Under the pieces are notes generated by a model. It saw only the letters and a program-made list of their open reading frames with translations, was not told the DNA's origin and searched no databases. From contig OZ024747.1 of the NCBI GenBank assembly GCA_964016885.1, positions 25,358,001 to 25,422,000 of the forward strand: a DNA stretch of 64,000 bases. Reading direction: 5' to 3'. Source of the stretch: Eledone cirrhosa (taxonomy: Eukaryota). Numbering within the stretch: position 1 is the stretch's first letter; each line of letters begins with the position of its first letter. Below, piece after piece: positions 12,958-26,200 of the stretch. Made by a program: the position numbers and the translations under genes.

Positions 12958-15695
12958 TCATCCTTATGGCAATGTTCCATTCTGTTGCCCAGACTACTGA
13001 CTATAAACCATATTTGCTAAATTTCACCAGGAGTAAACTTACAAGTGGAGCTAGTAGTAATAGGAATGGTGGTGGTGGTGCTTGAAAGAAAGAGAGGCAC
13101 AGAGGAGGAAAAGGCTACATACACCCTTTTATCAATCAGCTGAGGGAGGTAATATGATGGGGGTAAGGTAGGTATTCCTCAGAGATTTCCGTTAGGGTAT
13201 CTTCCACTGCATTCCACTTCAAGGCTTCTTAAGAAAAACAGGAATGCATGCATGCATTTATGTATGCATATGTGTGTGTATGTATGTATATGTATGTATG
13301 TACGTAATATATTTATGTAATATTTATGTAATATTTGTATGTATGTATTGTTGTTCTTTAGTCCCAAATCATCTCCGACCCAGTACACCTATGACCAACT
13401 ATACTGTCTATTGTGTCCTTCCCTTTATAAGGCAATGGATAGGTTGTGATTTGAGGGAGATTCTGCTGCCATTTCTAGTAGCCGTTCATCCTTAGGCTCA
13501 AGTGTGTATGTATTATTTGTAACTTTATGTATGACACTGCAATTATTTTTGTGTGTAAATGTGAATTCATTCATGTATGTGTGAGTGAGGATACTTTTTA
13601 CCAGTATATGTCACCATTTAAAAGCATGTGTGTGAGAAAATATTTGCAAATCTGAGTTTGTATCTGTGTGTATGCTTGTATGTGTGAGTGTATGTTTGTA
13701 TATGTGTGTACGCTTGTGTGTATGTATGTATTTATGTGTGTGTATGTATATTATGTGTGTGTGCCTGTGTATGTATGATTATGTCTATCTGTAGAATGTG
13801 ATGGTGTAGATATATGTTTTCATGCACATATGTGTATTGTCAAATAAAATAAATCCATACACAGCTCCAATAATGTCCTCTAAACCCCACAAGGACCGTA
13901 GGGGTGGATCCACAGTTAGTGGGGAAAGGCTGACTGGGCCATAGCCAGGGTCCCACAATATTCAAGAGATCCCAAGTTATCTATTATTTTTTTTTTGTCA
14001 TTGTAAAAACATATATACTCTTCAGTTTGGTACAAGAGGCTGCCCGATGAAATTTTCAGGCAGGGGCTGGCCCCATGCAAGCTTAATCTTCCTCCTGTAT
14101 TGAGATCATTCAAACAAAACTCCAAGGTAGTGAAGTTTGACAAGACCTCATCAAGTGAAGATTGCGAGCTTTTCAACACCAATGAAACCAACCAACAACA
14201 TAGAGTTAGTATTATATTCAGTCAAAGAAATTTGTAGATAATTATTTAGGTAAACAATTCTTTTTCTATACTTTCCTCTTTAAATATCCGAGAACAAAAT
14301 TGTTTGAGTGCATCTGTATATGTTGTAAATTGGGTGACAAATTGGCAGAGTTGTTAGATCATCGGATAAAATGCTTTGCGGTATTCGTCCCAGCTCTCTG
14401 CCCTCATTGAGTTCAAATCCTTCCAAGGTTAACTTAGTCTTTCATCCTTTTGAGGTCATTAAAAAAAATACCAGTCATGTACTAGGTTTGATTCTTTCAC
14501 TATATCTCTTTCTCACTTCTCCTCTCTTTCCCTCTTCAAAAGAAATAAGTTGTGTTTAAACCTGGAGAGGGGTGGGCTCTGCCAGGCTTAAAAAATGTCC
14601 AAGAAACAGCACCGCTGTGACTCCATTTGGAGTTAAGGGCCCATACATATATTGTATATGTTGTGAAGAGTGAGAGAGAAAAAGAAAAAAATGAATGCCT
14701 TATACTGGTCAGCAGAGAATGCAACCAGTAAATGCTGATGTAGAGTATATACAACCAGAGCAATGTGTAGATAATTAATTGTTTAGGTAAACAATACTAT
14801 TTTTTTGTTGGCTTTTTTGCCCCCCTATACATCCTTCACTACATTTTTTGGTAGTACAACATAATGTGTACATTCATATGAGAGCGAGAGAGAGAGGGAG
14901 GGAGAGAAAGAGAGGGAGGGAGAGAGAGAGGGAGGGAAGGAGAGAGAGAGAGTGAAAAAATTAAATATGGGTTATACTGGTCAAAGATGTTTTTTAAGGA
15001 ATGTTTTGTAAGAGAACAGGTAAGCTATGGAGGAGAAAAGAGTAGATAGTTAAGGTGTTTGTTGTAGACTGGTAGACTGCTAGCTAGATACACACTTATC
15101 AAGGTCTGTTGTCTATACAGCAGCCTGACCATATATTACTTACAGTCCACACAATGACAAAGTAAACTACCACAACCACAACAACATTAATAACAGCAGT
15201 AATAAATAAATGTTTACTACTAAACAACAGTAGGTGTCCTTAGTACAAAACCACACACACACACAACCTATATACACCTGGAGCCAAATACCGCTGTTGG
15301 GAAACAACAATAACCACCACCACCACCACTACTGCCACCAGCACCTATACTGCTGCTGCCTCAAAAACCCCACCACAACTACTGCTATTGTGACAACTAC
15401 TACTACCACCACCACCACCACCACTGTGTTAGTATTGCTCTATGACAGGTAGGAAGGCCAACAAAGCTAATCATACAGGTGGTAGACTGGTTGATATCTC
15501 TTTCATTTTTATCAAAAGTCTCTACATCACCTTTTTGATACACACACACATGTGCAGATTCTGTAGTTCCCAATCATGTGGTTTTGGGTTCATTCCCACT
15601 GCATGGCATCTTGAGCAAATGTCTTCTACTATAGCCACAGGTTGCTCTACGTCTTGTAAGTGGAATTTGGTAGACAGAAAATTGTAGATGCCTAT

Positions 15696-15726
<31 letters not shown>

Positions 15727-15737
15727 TTACACACACA

Positions 15738-16520
15738 CACGAGGTCTGTTGAAAAAGAATCCAACTTCCCTTTTTCCCCTGTGGGAAGTAATTAAGTTAT
15801 GGAGACAAAATTTTGTAGAGTTGAGTTGCATACATTCATGTGCATGCATGGTTTTCGGCAAGCTTGCTGGATGTGTCAATTGCTGTCAGACAGCTGATGA
15901 GCTACTTACTCAATACTGCTTGCTGAGTTCCTGAATACTGTGATATCTGGAGATGAGACATGGATGCACAGCTACAACTCAAAACCCCAAAGTTAGTTGT
16001 CACAGTAGAAGCAGCCAATATTGCCAAAGCCCTCCAAAAATACATCGGGGGCAGAGCAAAATCAAAGTGATGTTGACTATATTCTTCGACTACCAAAGTG
16101 TTGTGCATCATGAATACAAACCAAAAGGGCAAATAGTTACAAAAGAGTATTATCAGAAAGTCCTTCAATGTCTTCATGATGCAATTCAGTGCAAGGGACC
16201 GGATCAGTAGGCCTCGCAAAATTGGCAGTTGCATCATAACAACACCCCAGTCCATTCATTCATTGCAGCTGATGCAAGGTTTCTTGGTAAAGAAAGCTAT
16301 TTTGCTCATTCATCAGACATAGGCCCTGCTGACTTCCGGTTGTTTACAAAAATGAAAAGGCTACTGCTTTGAGTCATTCTGAAAGAGCATTCCACATGTG
16401 CTTTGAACAGTGGAAGGATTACTGGATTGTGTGTGTTGTGATACAAGAGACCTACTACAAATTAGTAACTGAAACCTCCCAAGTATGTAATTTTTCCCCC
16501 CATTCAAAGGTCGGTTACTT
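15738..16520 (+). mobile_element. Decayed, internally deleted mariner DNA transposon
   Basis: Fragments ISGDETWMHSYN, SKIKVMLTIFFDYQSVVHHEYKPKGQIVTKEYYQKVLQCLHDAI and NWQLHHNNTPVH (mariner DD34D catalytic region). The left end is ACGAGGTCTGTTGAAAAAG and the right end GGTCGGTTACTTTT is truncated. Confidence 0.9.
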
Positions 16521-18901
16521 TTGTGTGTGTGTGTGCGCGTGTCTGTGCGTGTGTGTGTGTATTTACACTTTTGTCTTTGTCCTATAACTTAGTGGTTCAA
16601 CAAAAAAAGAGAGCAGTATCACATTTGAAAAGTGCAGGAGGTAATATGATTGACTAAATCAAGGCCTTGCCTCAGCAAAGACACAGCCTAATAACTGAAA
16701 CCAGTAAAAAAAATATATAACATTCTAATGTTAGCCATATGACTGTCCTATGCAGGTTGCATCTCCACACTAATCTGTCAGATTCCTTTTGAGCACTTCT
16801 GATGATATGTAACCCAAACCCAGTACAACATGTTGCATAATTGGGTTATTAGCAATTAAACGGGCACTCCACTAAGCCTGTCTTGGTGGGGAGGGTGATT
16901 TTTGAACACCCTGCAGGATGAAAATGAAAGCCTATTAAAGAGTGGAGGAATTTATGAAAGTCAATGGCCATCCAATAGTGTGCAGTATTATCATGTTAAC
17001 GGCAGACACATTAATACATTAGATTGCCAAATTCAAGTTAATTTTAAAAAGTAAATGGAGAATAACATACACACATCATCATCGTTTAACATATGTTTTT
17101 CACGCTAGCATTGGTGAGACAGATATGCGAAAAGCCAACAAGGAAAAGCACCACAGGAGAATAATAGAGTACAATGATAATATATTAGCTTAATGCTTGA
17201 TATTGAAGGAAAAGAGTCTTAATGTTTTGGACCTTAATCCTTCATTTGAAGGTAGAATGAGAGATAGAAGAATAAACAAAGATAAATGAGAGTAAGAAAA
17301 GGAGGAAGAAATGGTTAAAATATTTTCACAGGAGGATAGCACAATTGTGTTTAGTCAGCCATATGAATATATATATAAATGCTCTTATACAAATCATATT
17401 AACCTAATAATCATGTATTCTGAAATGGATCAGACAAATGAATATATGTGTTACATAGACTTAAACATGCACCTAGAAGTATAGAAGAATAAGATTTGGG
17501 ACTGAAATCACAAATAGAAAAACTTTTGGCCTCAACAAAAGACTTTGCAAATAATACAAACTGAAAATTTAATCTACATTGTAGCTTTACAAACTATTTT
17601 CACCCTCATAAAAACAAGAACAGCAACAACAACAACCACAATGAGGGGGTGGGGGGTGGGGGTGAGTCAGCTCAAGAAAATAATAACAAAAATCAGATTT
17701 ACACAGGAAAATATCAGAATTGAATACTTCTTAAAAGTAAGGTTGTGTTATAGTATATAGGTGTAGGTGCCATCATCATCATCATCACTGTTTTACGTCT
17801 GCTTCCTACGTTTGTATGGGTTAAATGGGCTGTCATGTTCTGAAGTTAGACAGGTAGGTCAGATGATTATGTCTTATTCATATATTTAATTTTGGTATGG
17901 TTTCTATGCCTGAATGCCCTTCCTAACTACTTTATGGCATGTAGTAGCTGGTTTGGTTGGTACTACCACTACCGCTTGGCAGAGTGAACAGGTATACTTT
18001 TTGTTTTTTTACACCAGCTCTACCACATTACAGTGTGGGCAGGGTGCATTTTATTGGGGTACCAGCACTACCACTTTTCAAAGTGTACTGGGCGCATTTT
18101 ATTGTGGTGGGGAAAAGAAAAGATTATCGCAATGATTGACTAATGACTAATTTAAAGTGTTCATGAAGTATGACAGTTTATTTTTCATGCAGACAGCATC
18201 CTTGGGTATCCCCCCCCCCCCCACAGTACAAAACAGCATTAAATGCATTACATTAAAAATGTAAGTCTTTATATTGGTACTCCGACATAGTGATATACAT
18301 ATAAATGTATGTTGTACAATATGTACATTTAAGTCTTTATACTCTAATACTGAAAATGTTCACAATGACTTGTGTACTAGTAAATATACTATAAATATTT
18401 GAATTAACAAACCTGCTTTTAAACATTTTCTGCTAAATCTGTAGAAGATTTTAAGAGTTAGGCTAAATGTTTAAAAAAACAAACAAAAACAAATAAAACT
18501 TGCTCTTGTTTGATTAGAAAATTCATATGTATACCACTAAGTGTCCAGCACAAATTATTTGGCAAGGTAGAATAAAATTTAAAAAGAATATAATAGTGAT
18601 GGCTGTGTATAGTTTGTTAGTTCCTTTATTTCTATGCTTGAGTGTTAATTTTCATATATGGTCAGTGAAATTATATTTTCATGTCTGAAGAAGTAGGATG
18701 TAAAAATGGCGAGTGATATCTGATGCTAAATTTACTGAATAAGGGAGGTAATTTCATTCAATTTTTAACTTTATATTTTTATACTCTTAAAAATGTTTGT
18801 AGTTCATGTTTCCTTCACAACGTGAAAGAATGACTGTACAGACTAAATAGTTCACATCCACAGAAAACCTAGCCAAAATTTTATTATTATATAGAAAATA
18901 A

Positions 18902-19092
18902 TTGTTTCTACTTTAGGCACAAGGCCAGCAATTACCCAGTGCATTACTGGTACTTTATTTTATCGACCCCGTAAGGATGAAAGGCAAAGTCAACCTCGGC
19001 GGGATTTGAACTCAAATCGTAAAGGGACGTAACTATGCTGGAAAGCATGGCGTCCGACCCTCTACCGATACTGCCAATCCACCGCCTGTGGA
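18902..19092 (-). mobile_element. Full-length tRNA-derived SINE (family A) with 14-bp target-site duplication
   Basis: The minus strand has an A-box-like TGGCAGTATCGG, B box GAGTTCAAATCC, a central CCTTTCATCCTTACGGGGTCGATAAA domain and a tail CCTAAAGTAGAAACAA. TATATAGAAAATAA occurs at both 18888-18901 and 19093-19106. Confidence 0.92.
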
Positions 19093-19224
19093 TATATAGA
19101 AAATAAGAAAACCAAATCAAACTGATGGTGTCATTAGGTGTACTAGTAGTTATAAATGATTTAAAACATTAATAAACAAATACTGATTATGTTCGTCTAG
19201 GCAAAATGTCAATTTTGTGTGATG

Positions 19225-19540
19225 CCTCATGACTTAGTGGTTAGGGTGTTAGGCTCATGATCATAAGATCATAAGTTTCATTTCTGTTGATGTATTGTGT
19301 TCTTGAGTAAGACACAATCTCATGGTACTCTGATTCACAGTGAATAAAAATGAGTTGTGCTTGGAATTCAAAGAGCCATCCTTTTCCCATACTATGTTGC
19401 ACTGAATCTCACTGAGTAATTGAAGTATAGGTACACGTATTTGTGGATTGCTCAGCCACTTACAGTTAATTTCGTAAGCAGGTGTCCTGTTCATTGAACA
19501 ATTGAAACACTCATTATCAGAACCAACAGAGGTCCAACAT
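19225..19540 (+). mobile_element. tRNA-derived SINE family B (CORE-like CCTTGAGCAAGACAC domain)
   Basis: Head GACTTAGTGGTTAGGGTGTTAGGCTCATGATC, then TGTGTTCTTGAGTAAGACAC and a 3' block GTGGA.TGCTCAGCCACTT..A.TTAATTTC. Homologues lie at 1-72(-), 1990-2295(-), 8312-8550(+), 21460-21580(-), 42360-42605(-), 46990-47260(+), 49690-49925(-), 50135-50220(-), 55985-56475(-), 57080-57230(+) and 63100-63410(-). Confidence 0.8.
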
Positions 19541-20349
19541 AACAGCATCACTAACCCAAGAATGTTCTGGTTCTAAAAAATGAAGTTTATACACTTTTAG
19601 CAATGTTAAATGTGAGTTCCCCATATAGAGAAGAGACTAACCTTTTTGTTGCCATATTTCTAATGAAAAACAGTGTCTATAATTTTCAAAATTGACACCA
19701 GCACTACCACTACTCATACTGTAAAGTGATAGTGTTGGTACCATGACAAAAAGAAAAACAAAAAGAAAAAAAAAAACGAGTCCCCAAAAAACTGGTGTCA
19801 TGATAAAACACACTTGGTACACACTGTGAAATGGTCGGTGTTAGGAAAGGCATCCAGATATAGAAAGCATATTACAATGGAATGTATGAATGAGACACAG
19901 TCAACTAACCTGTCTAGCTTCTGAACGTGACATCACATCTAACCCATGCAAGCATGGAAAATAGACATTACATGGTGATCATTGGAAGGATTTAGTAATA
20001 TAACTAACTTTCTCATTATTAAGCTGGATTTTGGAACATAACTTAAATCTTCTTACATAAAATCACGATGGAAGATTTTATATATATAAACTCTTTGTAA
20101 TATACTATTTTGTATCATAGAACCAGGGGAAATTTCTGGCAGTTTGGCATCAAAAGTGTTAAAAATTCTTGTGACTGCAAGGGTTTTAGCTGTTGTTCAT
20201 GTGTAGGGAAGGTGCAGTGCAAGGCTGCTTATATGCATAGTGATTGTGTTTTAGTGCTGTTGAAAAAAAAAATTAAAATTATCATTGAAGGATGTTTTCA
20301 AGCTCTCTCTTTATGGAAGTGTGCAAATTGGTGTGATGTATCTAGAATG

Positions 20350-21180
20350 TGTGTGTGTGTTTGACAGGTTTAAGAAGAATACAGGCTAGTGTTATCTGTA
20401 TATTAGTGCATGTGTGTGCAGTTAGAAGCACCAGCTAAAAAGTAAATGTATCAAAGGAAATGTGTGGACAACATAACCAAAGCATGAGGTAGAGAAGGAT
20501 TGATAGAATGTGAGAGAAAGATCTGTTAAAAATGTTCTGATGGAGCACAGTCCCAGAAGACTTCTGACCTAAGATGTGGATGGCAATTATATATAAGAGA
20601 GGGATGGCAATTATAGACAGGAAACTTAGCTAGGAGCTTTACATGCTGGACACAATCCAAGACTTTGATGATGGCAAGGACAACATAATTGTTTCCATCA
20701 TTCTCACTTATGTTCTCAAAGAGGAGACGAAAAGTGTTGTAAGATGGGAGACAAAGTCTCTGGTAGATAAGGAAGTACTTGTTTATATCTACTGCTATTA
20801 TCTTTGAAATGGTAGAAGTTGAGAACAATGAATGGTATTTGGTAGGGTTAGAGAGGATGATCATGTTGGAAAGGGGACATGTTGGGAAGAGGGCATGTTG
20901 GAAAGTGGACATGTTGGGAAGGGGACATGTTGAGAATGTTTCTATTGATTAAAGGAGAAAATAACTGTGATTTTGGTGATGATGATTGGAGAAGGCTTGA
21001 GAGAGAACTGTCACTAATGGAAGGCAGGAGGAAGGATAGTTAAACAACTAATCATGGGTTTTTTGTCAATCATCCTAGCCATATACATTGCTCTTCTGCT
21101 ATAATAATTACCAAATTGATACCAAGATATTGTTGGTAGAAGAAAGAAAAGAGAAAGATTTAGCTATTTTTGGAAGTTTC
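20350..21180 (-). mobile_element. Heavily decayed non-LTR reverse transcriptase fragment (Jockey/CR1 group-like)
   Basis: ORF 20526-20912 reads SNPTKYHSLFSTSTISKI...VVLAIIKVLDCVQHVKLLAKFPVY, a degenerate version of DPSNYRPISLTSTISKV...ALDISKAFDRVWH..LLAKLP.Y. Confidence 0.55.
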
Positions 21181-21853
21181 CAGAAATTCAGTTCAATATT
21201 TAAAATAGAAAACTATAAATAAAAAAACACTGAGAGAAACACGTTAAGAAAAGACCAACTCCTAGAAGCTACATTAAAATTACACCCATGTAGGCTTAGC
21301 CAGCCCCCTATAAGGTTACATCTCACAGGAGTCCTCTCAAATGTTTCAATGATAGGGGCTCCAGACTTATGAAAAGACACCCACCCCACTTAGACCAGAC
21401 ACCAGTCCTTTGCAGAAGTCGCCACCACTTCCTTCCAGTTGCTACTAGTACTAATTTTTAAATTTTTCAGCTGAGTGGACTGAAGTAACATGAAATGAAG
21501 TGTCTTGCTCAAGGAAACAAAACGTTTGATCCAAAAATTGGGCCCTTGACCTCAATAGCTTAACTACTTAGCCACTCACTAACCTATAATAGATAGCAAG
21601 TAAGAGGAAAGTGAAGATTTTCCTGAAGGAGGTAGAAACTAGGTCCTTGACTAGATAAATGTAGATATACGGTCGAAGTAAGTTATACAACAGTAAAGAT
21701 TAGAATAAAGAAATAGATGATTTCTTTTAACCTACAGAGATCTTTATGGATTGATTGCTCTGAGAGGAAGACATGAGTGGAAGGAAGAAATTGATACCTC
21801 CCACAAGTACAAAATGATTCAATATATCTGGTAGAGTGTAAATGTGTACTTAC

Positions 21854-21971
21854 CATGTAACCATCATTGTATGCAGGAAGATCATATAGAGAGTCAGGGA
21901 CTGTATCTTGATCAGCAGTGTAAGTTCCAGCAGTTCGTGTGGATGGTCCACGAGATAAGAAACCACCATCA
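21854..21971 (-). CDS. PTPN4: Internal coding exon (118 nt, phase 2 to 0) of the same gene; linker expected just before the PDZ domain
   Basis: Acceptor cttttattacccttccag|TGATGG and perfect donor ACATG|gtaagt. Joins the 61564 exon in frame (GA|T = Asp), giving ...KSDDDGGFLSRGPSTRTAGTYTADQDTVPDSLYDLPAYNDGYM with no stop. Confidence 0.75.
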
Positions 21972-23243
21972 CTGGAAGGGTAATAAAAGTTTAAACATTA
22001 GAGCCTATATTCGAGTATATACAGTAGATTTGGAAACATATTTAGCTGGCAAAGTCCAGGTTAAAATTTCTGAGGTGAAGTAGTATACTAGCTGAAACAA
22101 GATACTGCAATATTGCACATTTCCTTGGTCAGTTTTAAAACCCGTGACAGAGTTTGATCTCATTAGTTCTAGAAAAAGAGCTGATTGTCAGATGGGACCA
22201 AGGACCAAAGACTAATGTAGAGGCATTACTGCTTTTCTGGTGACAGGAGGCAGGATTTGAGCTCAGAACATACAGAGCTGAAACAGATAGTGCAAAACAT
22301 CTCATCTGACTCTTTACAATTCTGCCAATCTGCTGCCCATAGACTGGTTTATTATCTATCAACACCAAAAGAATGAAGAGCAAAGTTGACTCAGTGGGAT
22401 TTAAACTCAGATTGCAGGGAAAGGGAAAAATAATACTGAGCCCTTTATTCAGACACTTTAACATCTCTGCTAACCAGTCACCTTTAAGAATTTAACAACT
22501 TTAATTACTATGAATTAACTACTAATATTTTCATGTAAATGATTTTTTAACATCATAAGCATCAATTTGAGAAAAAGAGCAACAGTCCCACATATCTGTT
22601 ACTTACAGATTACATTCTTCTTATCTTCTTATGGACTCAGAACTCCTGAGGAGTCGTAGGGGTGCCATATTGGTATATGGCATTTCAAGGGCATTTTTTA
22701 AACCTGGTGGAGCCCATCTCCTCTCCAGGCCTAAATATAATAGATTTCTTCCAGAGAAGGATAGAGAGAGTGAGAGAAAAAGATATAGAGTAAGAATCGA
22801 CCCCAGTTCTTAACTGGTACTTTTTTTTTTTAATCGACCATGAATGGATTTGACCACGGTGGGATTTGAACTCAGAGAGCCGAAATGAATACTACAAAGC
22901 ATTCTATCCGATGTTCTGACGACTCTGCTAATTTGCCACCTACAGAGCACCAATTAGGTAGACTTTATATTTTTTGCTATTTAATTCTATGACTTTCTCT
23001 TCACAAGCTAATTCAACAGTCAGTTGTGGTAGCAGGAAAGGTCATTCTGCTAATGTTCAATATATTGATGTTTCCCATCATCAATAAATACTTTGTCTCT
23101 TTTCAATGTGAAATGGGTGCTTATGATGTCTAATACATGTGTCACTGTCCACCCAGGATAGGTTGAGCTGGCCTCAAGCAGTGTATCCAGAGGCTGCCCA
23201 TGCAAGGGGATCATAAATAGCCAACATTAATCTAGTATGGCGA

Positions 23244-26200
23244 TCACAGATATCCACTGTTCACTCAGGATTGCTTGAGCTGACTCCAGTCAGTGTATCT
23301 ACAGCACAGTAATCACAGATATCCACTGTTCACTCAGGATTGCTTGAGCTGACTCCAGTCAGTGTATCTACAGCACAGTAATCACAGATATCCACTGTTT
23401 ACTCAGGATTGCTTGAGCTGACTCCAGTCAGTGCATCTACAGCACAGTAATCACAGATATCCACTGTTTACCCAGGATTGCCTGAGCTGACTCCAGTCAG
23501 TGCATCTACAGCACAGTAATCACAGATATCCACTGTTTACCCAGGATTGCTTGAGCTGACTCCAGTCAGTGCATCTACAGCACAGTAATCACAGATATCC
23601 ACTGTTTACCCAGGATTGCTTGAGCTGACTCCAGTCAGTGCATCTACAGCACAGTAATCACAGATATCCACTGTTTACCCAGGATTGCCTGAGCTGACTC
23701 CAGTCAGTGCATCTACAGCACAGTAATCACAGATATCCACTGTTTACCCAGGATTGCTTGAGCTGACTCCAGTCAGTGCATCTACAGCACAGTAATCACA
23801 GATATCCACTGTTTACCCAGGATTGCTTGAGCTGACTCCAGTCAGTGCATCTACAGCACAGTAATCACAGATATCCACTGTTTACCCAGGATTGCTTGAG
23901 CTGACTCCAGTCAGTGCATCTACAGCACAGTAATCACAGATATCCACTGTTTACCCAGGATTGCCTGAGCTGACTCCAGTCAGTGCATCTACAGCACAGT
24001 AATCACAGATATCCACTGTTTACCCAGGATTGCTTGAGCTGACTCCAGTCAGTGCATCTACAGCACAGTAATCACAGATATCCACTGTTTACCCAGGATT
24101 GCTTGAGCTGACTCCAGTCAGTGCATCTACAGCACAGTAATCACAGATATCCACTGTTTACCCAGGATTGCTTGAGCTGACTCCAGTCAGTGCATCTACA
24201 GCACAGTAATCACAGATATCCACTGTTTACCCAGGATTGCTTGAGCTGACTCCAGTCAGTGCATCTACAGCACAGTAATCACAGATATCCACTGTTTACC
24301 CAGGATTGCTTGAGCTGACTCCAGTCAGTGCATCTACAGCACAGTAATCACAGATATCCACTGTTTACCCAGGATTGCTTGAGCTGACTCCAGTCAGTGC
24401 ATCTACAGCACAGTAATCACAGATATCCACTGTTTACCCAGGATTGCCTGAGCTGACTCCAGTCAGTGCATCTACAGCACAGTAATCACAGATATCCACT
24501 GTTTACCCAGGATTGCTTGAGCTGACTCCAGTCAGTGCATCTACAGCACAGTAATCACAGATATCCACTGTTTACCCAGGATTGCCTGAGCTGACTCCAG
24601 TCAGTGCATCTACAGCACAGTAATCACAGATATCCACTGTTTACCCAGGATTGCTTGAGCTGACTCCAGTCAGTGCATCTACAGCACAGTAATCACAGAT
24701 ATCCACTGTTTACCCAGGATTGCTTGAGCTGACTCCAGTCAGTGCATCTACAGCACAGTAATCACAGATATCCACTGTTTACCCAGGATTGCCTGAGCTG
24801 ACTCCAGTCAGTGCATCTACAGCACAGTAATCACAGATATCCACTGTTTACCCAGGATTGCTTGAGCTGACTCCAGTCAGTGCATCTACAGCACAGTAAT
24901 CACAGATATCCACTGTTTACCCAGGATTGCCTGAGCTGACTCCAGTCAGTGCATCTACAGCACAGTAATCACAGATATCCACTGTTTACCCAGGATTGCT
25001 TGAGCTGACTCCAGTCAGTGCATCTACAGCACAGTAATCACAGATATCCACTGTTTACCCAGGATTGCCTGAGCTGACTCCAGTCAGTGCATCTACAGCA
25101 CAGTAATCACAGATATCCACTGTTTACCCAGGATTGCCTGAGCTGACTCCAGTCAGTGCATCTACAGCACAGTAATCACAGATATCCACTGTTTACCCAG
25201 GATTGCTTGAGCTGACTCCAGTCAGTGCATCTACAGCACAGTAATCACAGATATCCACTGTTTACCCAGGATTGCTTGAGCTGACTCCAGTCAGTGCATC
25301 TACAGCACAGTAATCACAGATATCCAGTTTACCCAGGATTGCTTGAGCTGACTCCAGTCAGTGCATCTACAGCACAGTAATCACAGATATCCACTGTTTA
25401 CCCAGGATTGCTTGAGCTGACTCCAGTCAGTGCATCTACAGCACAGTAATCACAGATATCCACTGTTTACCCAGGATTGCCTGAGCTGACTCCAGTCAGT
25501 GCATCTACAGCACAGTAATCACAGATATCCACTGTTTACCCAGGATTGCCTGAGCTGACTCCAGTCAGTGCATCTACAGCACAGTAATCACAGATATCCA
25601 CTGTTTACTCAGGATTGCTTGAGCTGACTCCAGTCAGTGCATCTACAGCACAGTAATCACAGATATCCACTGTTTACCCAGGATTGCTTGAGCTGACTCC
25701 AGTCAGTGCATCTACAGCACAGTAATCACAGATATCCACTGTTTACCCAGGATTGCCTGAGCTGACTCCAGTCAGTGCATCTACAGCACAGTAATCACAG
25801 ATATCCACTGTTTACCCAGGATTGCTTGAGCTGACTCCAGTCAGTGCATCTACAGCACAGTAATCACAGATATCCACTGTTTACCCAGGATTGCCTGAGC
25901 TGACTCCAGTCAGTGCATCTACAGCACAGTAATCACAGATATCCACTGTTTACCCAGGATTGCCTGAGCTGACTCCAGTCAGTGCATCTACAGCACAGTA
26001 ATCACAGATATCCACTGTTTACCCAGGATTGCTTGAGCTGACTCCAGTCAGTGCATCTACAGCACAGTAATCACAGATATCCACTGTTTACCCAGGATTG
26101 CCTGAGCTGACTCCAGTCAGTGCATCTACAGCACAGTAATCACAGATATCCACTGTTTACCCAGGATTGCCTGAGCTGACTCCAGTCAGTGCATCTACAG

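Noticed and set aside
17205-17255. Hammerhead-like remnant on the minus strand (CAAATGA-AGGA-ttaagg-TCC-AAAAC), with similar remnants at ~5160-5200 and ~18680-18845
   Set aside because: Core nucleotides are mutated in each. They are possibly Penelope-end fossils but too degenerate to call.
18980-19092. tRNA genes suggested by A/B boxes
   Set aside because: All such boxes are SINE heads followed by SINE bodies; no cloverleaf was found.
20860-20935. Four copies of a 20-bp GGACATGTTGG(G/A)AAG repeat with p53-like half sites (GGACATGTT)
   Set aside because: It lies in a decayed LINE and is most simply slippage; there is no evidence of regulatory function from sequence alone.
22597-22636. Perfect minus-strand donor (CT|gtaagt) near 22596 suggesting an exon
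   Set aside because: All three frames upstream of it contain stops within ~40 nt.
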